This document shows, piece after piece, positions 19,138-29,820 of a stretch of DNA of 53,870 nt. The position numbers and the translations under genes were made by a program. Source of the stretch: Candidatus Aenigmatarchaeota archaeon (GTDB lineage: Archaea > Aenigmatarchaeota > Aenigmatarchaeia > CG10238-14 > SpSt-28); the NCBI GenBank assembly GCA_025057985.1, contig JANXEV010000004.1, positions 1 to 53,870 of the forward strand, given 5' to 3'. Positions within the stretch are counted from its first letter, which is position 1. Each line of letters begins with the position of its first letter. The notes beneath the pieces were generated by a model. That model saw only the letters and a list, made by a program, of their open reading frames with translations, had not been told where the DNA came from and did not search any database.

Positions 19138-21018
19138 TTACAACTCGATCTCTCCTACCTTTTCCCAATTCAACTCAGAGAAGACCTCTATTTTTTCATC
19201 ACCTATAACGTAAAGATAGTCATCTATATACAATGCCCTTCTAGCTCCTATCCCATAAATAGCTTTCTTCAACTCAATTTTATCATTTTGGTAAGAAAAG
19301 ATGTAACCATTACTTCCTGCGGGTAGAAAGAAAATTTTATGTTTGTTGTCTAACAAAAAGGCGTGGTGCGTTTTTAAAACGTCAGACCAGTACTCTTCCA
19401 AGATATAATTGTCCACTTCTATCGGATTTTCTGCAGAAGAAACATCAAACAATGAAATCTTAACCTTAGATTCATTCATACCTATTCCGATAATTTTATT
19501 TTCTTCTATTGGGTGCAAGTAAGATGAAAAACCTGGAATCTTCAGCTCACCCTTTACCACAGGGTTCGTAGGGTTGGAAAGATCCAAAACATAAAAAGGA
19601 TCGATTTGTCTAAAAGTCACCACATAACCTTTATCCTGAATAAATCTCACGGAGTAAATTCTCTCACCCAAACCAAGATCCTCAACAGAACCTACTAATC
19701 TTAAATTTTCGTCAAGCACATAAACATCGTTAGCTGTTTCCAGTCCAGTACCAACAGTAGTAGCAATCCTAAAATATCCAAGATATTCATCCATAGAAAA
19801 TTGATTCAAAGGTACTCCGGGGACTTTTCCTATGGATTTTAATTTCATGTCCAAACCTACTTTTATAATATTAGTTTTTACAATATTTCTCTTCTTCTCT
19901 TTAATGTACTCCTCAGCTCTCCTTTCGATTTCTAGATCTATTCGCTCTCTTTCTTCATAGTCTAATGAGTTTATAAATTCTATAATAACCATTTTAGATT
20001 CCTCCGAAATATTTTTTTCATTTTTCAAAGCTTTCAACCTATCCATCACGTGAGGTGGAAAGAGGTCTGAGCACTTTTCAACAATAACATCTAGGTAAAG
20101 ATTTTTATAATCAATCGTCTCAACATAGGTTAAGTAAATCGCGTTTGTAGACATATAAACTACAGAATAATAACTAAGTCCTACAAAAGAAACTAAGTTT
20201 TCCACATCCCCATTTTCAGGATTCAAAACCATTATCGTGTAAACAGAATCGATTGGGACAAATTCCGATGGATGATGTATTTTTGAACATTCTACTAAAA
20301 TTGGTTGCTCGTTTAAATGACCGAGAATTACTGGACATGGCTCTTCAGAATTTATAAGGCTACTCAAAACCAAATAGATTTTATTTTTGTAGAGTCTGGA
20401 ACCGACTATTGCATCTTTTAGTTCTATTTTCCAAAGTTTTTTTGGTGTCCTATCGTTTGAGACGTCATAGCCCGTTATGCTTCCTGGAGAAAGTACGACA
20501 AGAACGTTATTGTAAAGAAGTAGATTTCCTGCTTCATCTATATTTGATCTAACTTCCAAGCCTTCTGGTGGAAAAGCCTTTATGATTTTTGTGCCTTTTT
20601 CTCCCAATGTTATATAAACACCAAACCTAGAGAAATGTAAATTAGTGTCAGAAAAATATATTTTTCTACCGTCGGTTTTAACTATATCAGGTTCATCTAT
20701 TCCTTCAACTTGCACGTTAGTGGGAGAAAACCTCTCTGGAGCCACGTCTTTTGCTTCTCCTTCTCCTATTCTTGCTCCAAAAACGCCCCAAGCGTCTGGA
20801 GCTAATTCGCTGAGATAATAAAGTTTATCGCTGGTATTTAGTAGGTAGAGTTTGAAATCCTCTTTGGAAGAAAAAGTTTTAATTTCCTTCAATAAATCTT
20901 CCTTACCTATACTTTCTCTATCCTTCGCGGGTTTATACCAAGAAGGTATGAAGTAGAATACAAAAACTAAAGAAACCAACACCACAAAAAACAAAATCAC
21001 TAAATTTCTTCTTATCAT
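19138..21018 (-). CDS. Secreted beta-propeller domain protein
   Basis: TNVQVEGIDEPDIVKTDG, LNQFSMDEY, GERIYSVRF, VTFRQIDPF, GELKIPGFSSYLHP. Confidence 0.88.
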   Translation of the reverse strand: MIRRNLVILFFVVLVSLVFVFYFIPSWYKPAKDRESIGKEDLLKEIKTFSSKEDFKLYLLNTSDKLYYLSELAPDAWGVFGARIGEGEAKDVAPERFSPTNVQVEGIDEPDIVKTDGRKIYFSDTNLHFSRFGVYITLGEKGTKIIKAFPPEGLEVRSNIDEAGNLLLYNNVLVVLSPGSITGYDVSNDRTPKKLWKIELKDAIVGSRLYKNKIYLVLSSLINSEEPCPVILGHLNEQPILVECSKIHHPSEFVPIDSVYTIMVLNPENGDVENLVSFVGLSYYSVVYMSTNAIYLTYVETIDYKNLYLDVIVEKCSDLFPPHVMDRLKALKNEKNISEESKMVIIEFINSLDYEERERIDLEIERRAEEYIKEKKRNIVKTNIIKVGLDMKLKSIGKVPGVPLNQFSMDEYLGYFRIATTVGTGLETANDVYVLDENLRLVGSVEDLGLGERIYSVRFIQDKGYVVTFRQIDPFYVLDLSNPTNPVVKGELKIPGFSSYLHPIEENKIIGIGMNESKVKISLFDVSSAENPIEVDNYILEEYWSDVLKTHHAFLLDNKHKIFFLPAGSNGYIFSYQNDKIELKKAIYGIGARRALYIDDYLYVIGDEKIEVFSELNWEKVGEIEL

Positions 21019-21051
21019 TTTTTTATTGTTTTTCTAGCTTAAAAAGGAAAG

Positions 21052-22149
21052 CTACCCAAGACTCACTACCCATTCACAAAAATCTTTTAAATCTTCAAAA
21101 TAGAAGACGTTTTTATCGTCAAAAGCGTAGTAAACCCACTTCTCTTCGCTAGTAGGAGGATTTATCCCGTAGACAGAATAATACTCTATTAAAAGCGCTT
21201 TAATTCTCCTACACTTTTCATACTCAGAATTAGCATTATAAAAATTTTCTCTAATTTGAGTTTCACCTTGATCGTAAAACGCAATAGTATAGTAATCTTC
21301 ATTTTTTTCCTTGAATTTACAGAAAGTGGTTAGATGTCCTACAACTCCAATGTTGTAACACTTTATATTCGGGTCATAGACTTTAAAAAGAGAAAGCAAC
21401 AGTGTGGAATAATCTTCACAATCCGCGTACTTTTTACTCAAAGTTTGATTTGGAAAAAACCACTCATTTCCAATTTCAAAATTATACCTAAACTCAGCAT
21501 CTAACTTTCTTTTAATTTGGAACAAATCCTCATAAATTATACCGCTGAAACTCAAAGTTGGCTTGATCTCTTCGTAAAACCACTTTACTTCGTAAGGCCT
21601 AACGTAATTTGTATATTCTAAAAGATATAGAGGTTTTTTAAAATTTCTTTCGCTTATATTAAAGGCCAAATCATATTGGGTGTAATTTAGTCCTTCTAAC
21701 AACCATTTATAAACAACCTTATAGTTTTTCAAAAATTCGTCTCTAAAACCACATTCCGAAGCTAAAAAAACCGCAGCTACTGTTAAATTATTACCTAATG
21801 CTTCTAGAGTTTCTTTTTCTATCGAAAATCTTCCTTCTGTGAGACTACCCTCTAAATTTCTATTCTCACCGTAAAAAATTATTTTACCGTTTGGGTAGCA
21901 TTTTCTAACTTCATCATAAACGTAAAATTTCACAAACTCAGTAACCGGTTTCGGCTCTTTTTCAAAACTCTTATTCGTTTCGTTCGTTTTAGCTGTTTCT
22001 TTTTCAATCGATCCTACTATTTCTACGGCTTCTGACCTATTTTCTTCTATTTTTTCCAAACCCTTATAATTCGTGGTGAGAAGAATTAAAATCGATGCAA
22101 ATAAAATCAAAGCTCCGATAGAGATTTTTAAATATTCTTTTTTCCCCAT
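21052..22149 (-). CDS. Membrane-anchored transglutaminase-like protein
   Basis: N-terminal TM; PNQTL...ADCEDYSTLL, GH and YD, consistent with a Cys-His-Asp triad. Confidence 0.7.
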   Translation of the reverse strand: MGKKEYLKISIGALILFASILILLTTNYKGLEKIEENRSEAVEIVGSIEKETAKTNETNKSFEKEPKPVTEFVKFYVYDEVRKCYPNGKIIFYGENRNLEGSLTEGRFSIEKETLEALGNNLTVAAVFLASECGFRDEFLKNYKVVYKWLLEGLNYTQYDLAFNISERNFKKPLYLLEYTNYVRPYEVKWFYEEIKPTLSFSGIIYEDLFQIKRKLDAEFRYNFEIGNEWFFPNQTLSKKYADCEDYSTLLLSLFKVYDPNIKCYNIGVVGHLTTFCKFKEKNEDYYTIAFYDQGETQIRENFYNANSEYEKCRRIKALLIEYYSVYGINPPTSEEKWVYYAFDDKNVFYFEDLKDFCEWVVSLG

Positions 22150-22281
22150 AAAATTTTTTCTATCGAAAATATAAAATTCGGAAAGTTTTGAACATTTTTA
22201 GATCACCATTCTCTTAGATCTTTGAATAGCAAAGAGTCAAACAATATGAAAATATTTTGAATCATAGCACCAAAAACCTAA

Positions 22282-24723
22282 CTAACCTTTAAAAAATTTA
22301 CCCAAACCTTCGACTTTTTTTCCTGTGATATCGTCTTCTGTATAACCTAAAGCTTTCAAAACCCTAAGAGCCGCTGGTATAACTTGATTGTTAACGTAGT
22401 AGTCAACATCGTAATCATCTCTACTCACAAAATCGGCAGGCATCGCTCTATCCGAAATACTACCGACTCCCTTCGTTATAACAAACCCTATTATCGAACC
22501 TACTGTTATTATGATTCCTCTCTCTCTAGCTTTCATAGCTGCTTTCACATGAGGACCTATTTGTTCGTATTTGCTTAATGGTTTTGTTATCTGCTCGTAT
22601 ATTATCAAATCTTCCAACCTAACTCTCCTATCTTTCAAATCTTTAATCACTTCTCTCACATACCCAATCGCTTTTTCCGGATCTTTGTCTTTCAGAACAA
22701 ACTCCAAAACTTTTCTTTGAACTTCTTTCGCTAACTTACACCAATCTCTTCTCACTACTTCAAAACCGCGAATTTCAAGCTTACCTTCTTTGTCTATAAG
22801 AGCGTATCTTTTTTTGGCCCCAACTTCTCCTTTTTCCCTAGCGACAAATATTCCTGAGTTGTAAACTCCTCTAAATTCCAATTCTATGATCCCAGGCAAA
22901 CTCTCGTTCACTAATTCAGAAAATCTTAAAGCTTCTTCTTCCAAATTTTCTACTTTTTTTCTTATAAAAATGCTATCCGTATCTCCGTAGATTATCTCAA
23001 AACCTTCTTTATGTGCAAACTCTAAAACTTTAGAAATATAATGTCTTCCGAAGGCTGCTGTCGACTCTGCACACTCTCTTTTATACCACCTAGCACCAAC
23101 GAAAGCAAAATAGCCATACATCGCATTGGAGATTATTTTAGTAGCATATTGCTCGTTGTCCAAAATTTTATATTCGACCGATTTTTTATCCAAAAGTTTC
23201 ATTCTTTCTTTCAAAAATCTCCTTCTCTCTATCAAAGTTTTTAGATTTTTTGAAATGAAACCCTCTTCCTTTGTACAAAAATGATATCTAGTCTCTGGAA
23301 CTGAATTTCTTATCTTACATTCTTCATGTGTACAATTTAATGTTTCTGGAGAAATGTTATGAGTAACTATTATCGTTGGGTAAAGCGATCTAAAATCTAA
23401 AACTGCTATGTTTTCGTGAATTCCTTTTTTTGGTTCTACAACGATTGCACCTCTATAAGGCAATTCTCTCATCCTTGTTTCTTTCTCTTCACTCTTAGGA
23501 GAGTTAGGTATCACTAGACCATCTTCAACAGCTTTCCTGATCAAAAATGCCTCTACTAATTGTGAATAGCTATACCTACAAACGTCAAAAGGTATTTCTC
23601 CTACTAATCTAGAAATAGAAAATATTTGTGGCAATATTATTTTACTCAACTCATAAGTTAGATAAGCATCCCACATGCTGTACTCCGCTATTCTACTTAA
23701 CTCTTTTCTTTCTCTCCAAAGATCGCTCATCTCTTGATACTCTAAATCTTTCTTACCCTCACCTATCAATTCTTTTGCTACTTCGTCCAAAGATAAGACC
23801 TCTGTCTTCAAATTTGGAGAGAGTATGCTTTCTATGAACTGGTATAGGTCTATGTGAACGATACCAAAAATTCTAGCTGCAGACTCTTTCCCTCTTCTCA
23901 CAAATTCCAAATCCTTGTCTTTTGAAACCAAATCCAGTTTTATTCTCAAACTTTTTGCTTTCTGTTTAAGTTTTAGAAAATCGAATAAGTCCCCGTTGTA
24001 TGTAACTAATATATCAGGTTTTTCCTCCTTTATCGTCTCAACAAATCTTTTAATCATTTTTTCTTCACTCGAACAACTTTCGACAAAGTCTTGTTTACCT
24101 TCCCATTGAGTCAGAGCAAAAACCTTTCTCCAATTTTTTGTACTTAAACTTATCATTATCAACTTTTCTCTCTCGTCTACTTCAACCCATTCCGTGTCTA
24201 ATGAGATTATTTTTAGCTCTGGCTCGAAGTACTCTTCAGTTTGATTGATTTTTGTAGCTTTAAAAACTAAATCAAATCCATCTTTATTCTCGTCCACTAA
24301 TTCTCCTTCTATTTCTATCCACTGGCATGGTTTTATACCATAGTCTATTAAAAATCTTTTATAGAACGGGATGTTATATTCAAAAGTGTTTTCTACTTCC
24401 TCCAAATTTTTTATCTCATCCCTAACGTCTTTAATTCTCCTAGGGTCTTTCATCGAAATTTTAATTAACTTTCTTTTTTCTTTACCGACTTTTTTCTCTA
24501 CAAAATCTATATTAGTTACAGTGGTGTGCTTCTCCATCAATTTTTCTATTTTTTTGTAAAGTTCTTCCTCTCTCCCTTTAAACGGAAGCACAAAGAAATA
24601 AGTTTGAAATTCCTTCTTCACCAAAATTTTCTTCCCATCTTTATTTTTTCCAAAAAGCAAAACCACGCCGCTGTCTTTTTCTACTTCGTAGTCAACATCC
24701 AAAAGAAAAATCTTTTCCACCAT
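22282..24723 (-). CDS. polB: Family B DNA polymerase
   Basis: Exonuclease motifs LDTE and YNGDLFDF; polymerase motifs DFRSLYPTII, KIISNAMYGY, YGDTDS; no intein. Confidence 0.97.
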   Translation of the reverse strand: MVEKIFLLDVDYEVEKDSGVVLLFGKNKDGKKILVKKEFQTYFFVLPFKGREEELYKKIEKLMEKHTTVTNIDFVEKKVGKEKRKLIKISMKDPRRIKDVRDEIKNLEEVENTFEYNIPFYKRFLIDYGIKPCQWIEIEGELVDENKDGFDLVFKATKINQTEEYFEPELKIISLDTEWVEVDEREKLIMISLSTKNWRKVFALTQWEGKQDFVESCSSEEKMIKRFVETIKEEKPDILVTYNGDLFDFLKLKQKAKSLRIKLDLVSKDKDLEFVRRGKESAARIFGIVHIDLYQFIESILSPNLKTEVLSLDEVAKELIGEGKKDLEYQEMSDLWRERKELSRIAEYSMWDAYLTYELSKIILPQIFSISRLVGEIPFDVCRYSYSQLVEAFLIRKAVEDGLVIPNSPKSEEKETRMRELPYRGAIVVEPKKGIHENIAVLDFRSLYPTIIVTHNISPETLNCTHEECKIRNSVPETRYHFCTKEEGFISKNLKTLIERRRFLKERMKLLDKKSVEYKILDNEQYATKIISNAMYGYFAFVGARWYKRECAESTAAFGRHYISKVLEFAHKEGFEIIYGDTDSIFIRKKVENLEEEALRFSELVNESLPGIIELEFRGVYNSGIFVAREKGEVGAKKRYALIDKEGKLEIRGFEVVRRDWCKLAKEVQRKVLEFVLKDKDPEKAIGYVREVIKDLKDRRVRLEDLIIYEQITKPLSKYEQIGPHVKAAMKARERGIIITVGSIIGFVITKGVGSISDRAMPADFVSRDDYDVDYYVNNQVIPAALRVLKALGYTEDDITGKKVEGLGKFFKG

Positions 24724-24755
24724 AAAAATTTTTAGAAAGATCTTTTATACAAATT

Positions 24756-26021
24756 TTAAATGTTACTACTTATTAGTTCTTGTCTTTGATTTCTAAATTT
24801 CATAAAGAAAATTAATATTCCGGTAACCAAAAAAAATAGTAAAAATATCAACATGAAATTATAAATATTTTTTTCTTTTCCACTCACCTGATTTACACCA
24901 CTATATCTTATATTTATCAACGACGTATAGTTGTTACTTGATATATTACATGAGTTAAATAATGAATCGCAAAAATTTTTAAACTCGTCATACTCTTGTT
25001 TAAGTATGTCATAACTATTTTTTAGACTTTTATGCTCATCGATTATTTTTGATACCTCTTGAGAAATCAAATTACATGAATTTATTAACCTAGTGTAGTT
25101 GTTTCTGAGGGAGTTGTATTCTTGGTTGAGGGAGTTGTAGTTGTTTCTGAGGGAGTTGTATTCTTGGTTGAGGGAGTTGTATTCACTCATTATCTTTGAA
25201 ATTTCTTTATGAAAATCTCTAATCATCTTAACTCTAGGAGAACAATGTTCACTCCAAGCCTCTTTTGGTATACCTGTATATCTTCCAAGTTTAGGTTCCC
25301 AAACTCGACCTTGCATGAAATCCCGATACCATTCGGTCCATCCATTCTCATAACTCCAAACATACCCGTGTATTTCACCACCATGAAGTCCTCCTTCTGG
25401 CATCGGATATCCTAATTCAGAAAAGAAAATCTCAACTCCATGAAGCATTTCGTGTAAAAATACTTCTCCGGGCCTACCACCGTATGTCCACACCCATTCC
25501 TCATGAGATGCTATAACAGAATAAATGGTAGTCTTGTTGTTTATAAAAACACCACCCAAGCCGAAATAGTTTAAATTAATTGGTCCATTATACCATACTA
25601 CGAAAACAGAATCATAAGTTCCAGGTGGTGCATAATATTTTAAGTCCTCCATAACATCTTCAGGGCTTGGCCAATATCCGTAAGGTAGTGGGGATATTTT
25701 TTTTAATGGTTTTGGTACGACTACGATTTCGTGTGTAGATTCAACTGCTCCACCAGAAAGTTCGGAAATGAGTAAATCTAGTCCAGCATAAGCTGAGATA
25801 ATTTTACTAAGTAAATTGTCACTCATTGTTCCAGAAAATCTCTTAACATAGCCCCCATCAATATATGTAACATCCACACTAGGATATATTAATAACAAGC
25901 TATGATATACACACTTGGGGAGAGTATTTTCTTCGGAAGAGGCATATACATGAGTAGTGAAAAATATTGATAGTATTATAGTTATTGAAAAATAACATAC
26001 ATGATTTAAATTAAACCACAT
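24756..26021 (-). CDS. Surface zincin-like metalloprotease with coiled-coil stalk and C-terminal TM anchor
   Basis: Signal peptide; HEMLH; heptad repeats YNSLNQE/YNSLRNN; C-terminal hydrophobic helix. Confidence 0.65.
   Translation of the reverse strand: MWFNLNHVCYFSITIILSIFFTTHVYASSEENTLPKCVYHSLLLIYPSVDVTYIDGGYVKRFSGTMSDNLLSKIISAYAGLDLLISELSGGAVESTHEIVVVPKPLKKISPLPYGYWPSPEDVMEDLKYYAPPGTYDSVFVVWYNGPINLNYFGLGGVFINNKTTIYSVIASHEEWVWTYGGRPGEVFLHEMLHGVEIFFSELGYPMPEGGLHGGEIHGYVWSYENGWTEWYRDFMQGRVWEPKLGRYTGIPKEAWSEHCSPRVKMIRDFHKEISKIMSEYNSLNQEYNSLRNNYNSLNQEYNSLRNNYTRLINSCNLISQEVSKIIDEHKSLKNSYDILKQEYDEFKNFCDSLFNSCNISSNNYTSLINIRYSGVNQVSGKEKNIYNFMLIFLLFFLVTGILIFFMKFRNQRQELISSNI
25094..25184. repeat. 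42-nt tandem repeat (two copies plus partial, 21-nt subunits) encoding coiled-coil heptads
   Basis: tgtagttgtttctgagggagttgtattcttggttgagggagt at 25094 and 25136. Confidence 0.9.
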
Positions 26022-26145
26022 ATAAAATGTTTTAATTTCAAATATTTTATTTCTTGTTCTTTAAAAATTTATAGATTCTACAAAATTAAAAAACATACAA
26101 AATATATTATTTTCTATATAAAACATGTTTATATATATGAAATTT

Positions 26146-26790
26146 CTAAAAAGATCTTTTATAATATTCACAAAATTCTCTTATTACACATTCCCCACAC
26201 TTAGGTTTAATTGGTTTGCAAACTTTCTTCCCAAAAGGAACTAACAAATTGTTAACATCTTTCCATAAACTTTTTGGTAAAATTTTTTTCAATTCCCTCT
26301 CAGTTTCCTCAGGTTTTCTAGTTTTAACCAACCCGATCCTATTTGAAATTCTATGCACGTGAGTATCGACAGCTATGGCTGGTTTGTTGAAAACGAACGA
26401 CAAAACGATGTTCGCTGTCTTTCTTCCTACGCCTGGTAGTTTTAACAATTCTTCTTCTCTTGACGGAACTCTCCCTTTGTAATCTTCTTCCAACATTTTT
26501 GCCAAGCGTAAAAGAATTCTCGCTTTATTTCTGTAAAAACCAACTGGATATATTTTTTTCATCAACTCTTCCTCAGAAAACTTTAACAAATCTTTTGGTG
26601 TCTTTACTTCTTTAAACAACTCCCTAGAAATTTTTTCTGTTATTTCATCCCTGCTCCTAGCGCTCAAAATCGTAGCAACCAAAATTTGGAAATCATTTAC
26701 TCTCTCTTCCGAAAACTTAGAAACCATTGTTTCTTCTTTCAAATATTCTTTCAAAATATGAAAAATTTTTTCCACGCTCTTATTCTTCAT
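26146..26790 (-). CDS. nth: Endonuclease III
   Basis: HhH motif LPGVGRKTA, AVDTHVHR, C-x6-C-x2-C-x5-C; start probably MKNKSV at 26790. Confidence 0.95.
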   Translation of the reverse strand: MKNKSVEKIFHILKEYLKEETMVSKFSEERVNDFQILVATILSARSRDEITEKISRELFKEVKTPKDLLKFSEEELMKKIYPVGFYRNKARILLRLAKMLEEDYKGRVPSREEELLKLPGVGRKTANIVLSFVFNKPAIAVDTHVHRISNRIGLVKTRKPEETERELKKILPKSLWKDVNNLLVPFGKKVCKPIKPKCGECVIREFCEYYKRSF

Positions 26791-26791
26791 G

Positions 26792-27715
26792 TTAATCAAT
26801 AGAAATGAATCCATTAACGATCAAATTTATGGCTTCTTTTTCACTCAAACCCCTAGCTCTTAAGTAGTTTAATTGTTCTTCGTTTATCCTACCTATCGAA
26901 GCTTCATGAGTCAATATTGATTTCTTATTCTCAACTACCAATTTCGGCGTTAAAGAAATTTTAGAAAAACTATCCACAATCAAGCCCTGACAGTCCAGAT
27001 GACCTTTACTTTCTTCCTTTCCAAAAATTTGTGTGGAAGAATCGAAAGTTGATTTTTCTCTACCGACCAATCTCAACTTCATAATCACAGACGAATTTCT
27101 ACCATTCAAAAAAGCTGAGTCAAAAATTTTTACGTTCGACTTGGTACCAACAATGATAGATTTATTCGTCACTGAAGCGTTTTCTCCAATCAGAAAGTTC
27201 ATTTTTCTTTCTAAAAAAACTGGTGCACCCATATTTTTATAAATATACTCTAATTTGCTACCCTTCTCTAAAAAAAACTCATAGTCCATAAAAACCGAAT
27301 CAGAAAAACCAAAAGCATGAAAATGGGCATAGTCTATACTAGAATTTTCTTTCAACAAAATTTTTCCTTTAACCGAATGTTTCGAATTTAGGTTTTTCCT
27401 GAAAGCAAAACAAAAAACACTACCTTTAACTTTAATATTCTTTTCCACGACCAACAAGTTACATAGATTTTGATCTATTTTTTTTGAAGCTATTCCTACA
27501 CAAGTGGAAATGGGCGCATCTATTTGTTTTTTAACCCAAACAAAATATCCACCGATTGGTTTTTTTTCAAAATACTCTCTAACCCAGTCATATTTTTCCC
27601 ACGCGTCGACAATACTTAAAACTTCTACACCTTCTAGACTAAAAATTCTCCTAACCTCGTTATCAACTTGATAATAGTTCACATTCTCTACACTCTTTAC
27701 ACTTCTCATATCCAT
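26792..27715 (-). CDS. sufB: SufB/SufD-family Fe-S scaffold (SmsB-like)
   Basis: GHLDCQGLI, LTHEASIGRI, YLRARGLSE; start codon uncertain. Confidence 0.85.
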   Translation of the reverse strand: MDMRSVKSVENVNYYQVDNEVRRIFSLEGVEVLSIVDAWEKYDWVREYFEKKPIGGYFVWVKKQIDAPISTCVGIASKKIDQNLCNLLVVEKNIKVKGSVFCFAFRKNLNSKHSVKGKILLKENSSIDYAHFHAFGFSDSVFMDYEFFLEKGSKLEYIYKNMGAPVFLERKMNFLIGENASVTNKSIIVGTKSNVKIFDSAFLNGRNSSVIMKLRLVGREKSTFDSSTQIFGKEESKGHLDCQGLIVDSFSKISLTPKLVVENKKSILTHEASIGRINEEQLNYLRARGLSEKEAINLIVNGFISID

Positions 27716-28379
27716 ATTTCTTTACCACCTCTAAAATTTTTTTCCAATTTTTAGAAACACAAACGATCCTACCTTCCAACATCACAGCAACTTTATCTGG
27801 CTTCACAGTCTTTAAAATATCACCTCTATGAGTTATCAAAATAGTAGCAACATTCTTTTCTGTCAAATTTTCTCTCACTATTTCACCAATTCTCTCCACC
27901 ATTTTCATATCTAAACCAGAATCGATTTCATCCAAAATCGCTAACTTGGGTGAAAGCGAAAGAACTTGCAACAACTCTGAAATTTTTTTCTCTCCACCTG
28001 AAAAACCAACGTTTAGCTCTCTATCCTTTAAGTAGTCAAAACCGAAATAATTTACTCTTTTTTTTGAAATCTTCTCTAGAAGAGAGGAAAATTTTACACC
28101 TCTTATAGCAGGTGGATGTTGAAAAGCCAAAACTATTCCCAATTTTACTCTTTTTTCCGGCGAGAAATAAGTCACGTCTATTCCGTTAAAAATTATTCTT
28201 CCTTCTTTGATTTTGTATTGTGGCAGGCCAGCTATCGCATTAGCTAAACTGGACTTACCGCTAGCGTTTGGCCCTAAAATAACCAAATTTTCTCCTCTTT
28301 CTAAACTAAAACTAACTCCGTTCACTATTTGTTTTTTTTCTACTTCAACCTTCAAGCCCTCTACTTTCAGAAGAACCAT
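27663..28379 (-). CDS. sufC: SufC-family ABC ATPase (SmsC-like)
   Basis: GPNASGKSSL, AFQHP, FSGGEKK, LDEIDSGLD, C-terminal CxxCxxC. Confidence 0.9.
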   Translation of the reverse strand: MVLLKVEGLKVEVEKKQIVNGVSFSLERGENLVILGPNASGKSSLANAIAGLPQYKIKEGRIIFNGIDVTYFSPEKRVKLGIVLAFQHPPAIRGVKFSSLLEKISKKRVNYFGFDYLKDRELNVGFSGGEKKISELLQVLSLSPKLAILDEIDSGLDMKMVERIGEIVRENLTEKNVATILITHRGDILKTVKPDKVAVMLEGRIVCVSKNWKKILEVVKKYGYEKCKECRECELLSS

Positions 28380-28466
28380 TAATAAACTAGTAAAACTAAA
28401 TATTAATTAGGGTGGAGGGGTGAAAAGAAATGGCAAGAAAATGTAAAAAGAAATAGATCCTAAATT

Positions 28467-29411
28467 CTAAACGTTTTTTGCTTTTTTCTCCTCCATTTTT
28501 TTAAAAAGCTTTTCAAAATAAACTTGTAAATCTACATCTAAAGTTTTTTCATGCAACTTTTTCCTCCAAGCTTCAAGAAAAAAATTCTCCATACCATAAT
28601 ATTCCGCTGCTGTGACTATCTTCTTTCCCAAACCCTCACAAAACATAAACAAATCACCAGCCTTGTTTTTATAATCAATGTCCCTAGCTATATGATGGTC
28701 TAGTATTATTTCCTCGACTTTGGTTTTTTCTACAAAAGTTTTCAAGTTTTCTTTAGCCTTTTCAAAGGAATTTTTACTCATTTTATAACCAAGAAAAATA
28801 GTTGGATATCCGTCTATTATTGCAAAATCTGGATTTTCTTCTATTGCAAATTTTAAAGAGCCTTCACACGCTAAACTTTGTGCATCGCTTCCAAAAAGAA
28901 ACTTTCTACCATCAAAATCTATAGTAAGCATCAAAACCTTTCCTACTTTACTTTTCTCTTCACCGTGCCACACTCCTTTAGAGAATCTAATCTTCGTTCT
29001 GCCAAACTGAAAACTCTCTCCATCGGCAAACAAAACTTTTTCAGCTTTAGACTTTACTTTTTCATAAAAAAGCTTTCCTCTACGCATACCAGAAAAATTC
29101 ACATCCTTATTAATGTCCTTAACTAAAACTATTTTCCCTTCAAATAGAGAATACATCTCCTCATCGTCTGGAAAAGGGTGATGGTCATAGTGATAATGCG
29201 TGACGATTAAAATTTCGCAATCGTCCGCTTCTTTTATAATTCTCCTACGCAATATATCGAATGCCTCTAATTCTTCACTAGATGGTTTTAAACCATACCT
29301 ATAAGGTCCTAGTGCTATTCCAGGATCTATAAAAATTTTTCTGTCTGTTAAAACCAAGGTGGCTTGACTTCTAACTCCAAAAGAATCGAAAGCTACAGGT
29401 ATTATTTTCAT
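28467..29411 (-). CDS. MBL-fold metallo-hydrolase (UPF0282-like)
   Basis: DSFGVRS, IDPG, THYHYDHH, DHH. Confidence 0.85.
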   Translation of the reverse strand: MKIIPVAFDSFGVRSQATLVLTDRKIFIDPGIALGPYRYGLKPSSEELEAFDILRRRIIKEADDCEILIVTHYHYDHHPFPDDEEMYSLFEGKIVLVKDINKDVNFSGMRRGKLFYEKVKSKAEKVLFADGESFQFGRTKIRFSKGVWHGEEKSKVGKVLMLTIDFDGRKFLFGSDAQSLACEGSLKFAIEENPDFAIIDGYPTIFLGYKMSKNSFEKAKENLKTFVEKTKVEEIILDHHIARDIDYKNKAGDLFMFCEGLGKKIVTAAEYYGMENFFLEAWRKKLHEKTLDVDLQVYFEKLFKKMEEKKAKNV

Positions 29412-29444
29412 TAAAATGATTTAGGAGAAAATTTTATAATATTT

Positions 29445-29765
29445 CTATCCTATCAATTTTATTTCAACGTGAATGTCCTGCGGTATACCAATTCTTAAAA
29501 TTTGTTTTAAAGTCCTTTCGTCGGCTTGCACATCTACAACACGTTTGTGAATTCTCATCTCAAACTTATCATAAGTCGCGTTTCCGTGACCTGTACCATC
29601 ACCACATGGAGTTTTCAAAGTCGTGACTTTCAAAATCTTCGTTGGTAAAGGTATCGGGCCTTTGTAACCGACACCAAATTTTTTAGCAACTTCAATAATT
29701 TCTCTAGCTATTTCATCCAACTTTTTTGGATCTCTTCCTACTAATTTTATTCTAGCTATCTGCAT
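29445..29765 (-). CDS. rps10: 30S ribosomal protein uS10
   Basis: GPIPLPTK, TPCGDG, MRIHKR. Confidence 0.97.
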   Translation of the reverse strand: MQIARIKLVGRDPKKLDEIAREIIEVAKKFGVGYKGPIPLPTKILKVTTLKTPCGDGTGHGNATYDKFEMRIHKRVVDVQADERTLKQILRIGIPQDIHVEIKLIG

Positions 29766-29820
29766 CTACATTCACCTATAAATCAATTCTTATATTGTTT
29801 TTTTAAAACTTAAAAGTATT

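Noticed and set aside
25094-25184. Tandem repeats as a CRISPR array
   Set aside because: No unique spacers; in-frame coding repeats; no cas genes in the window
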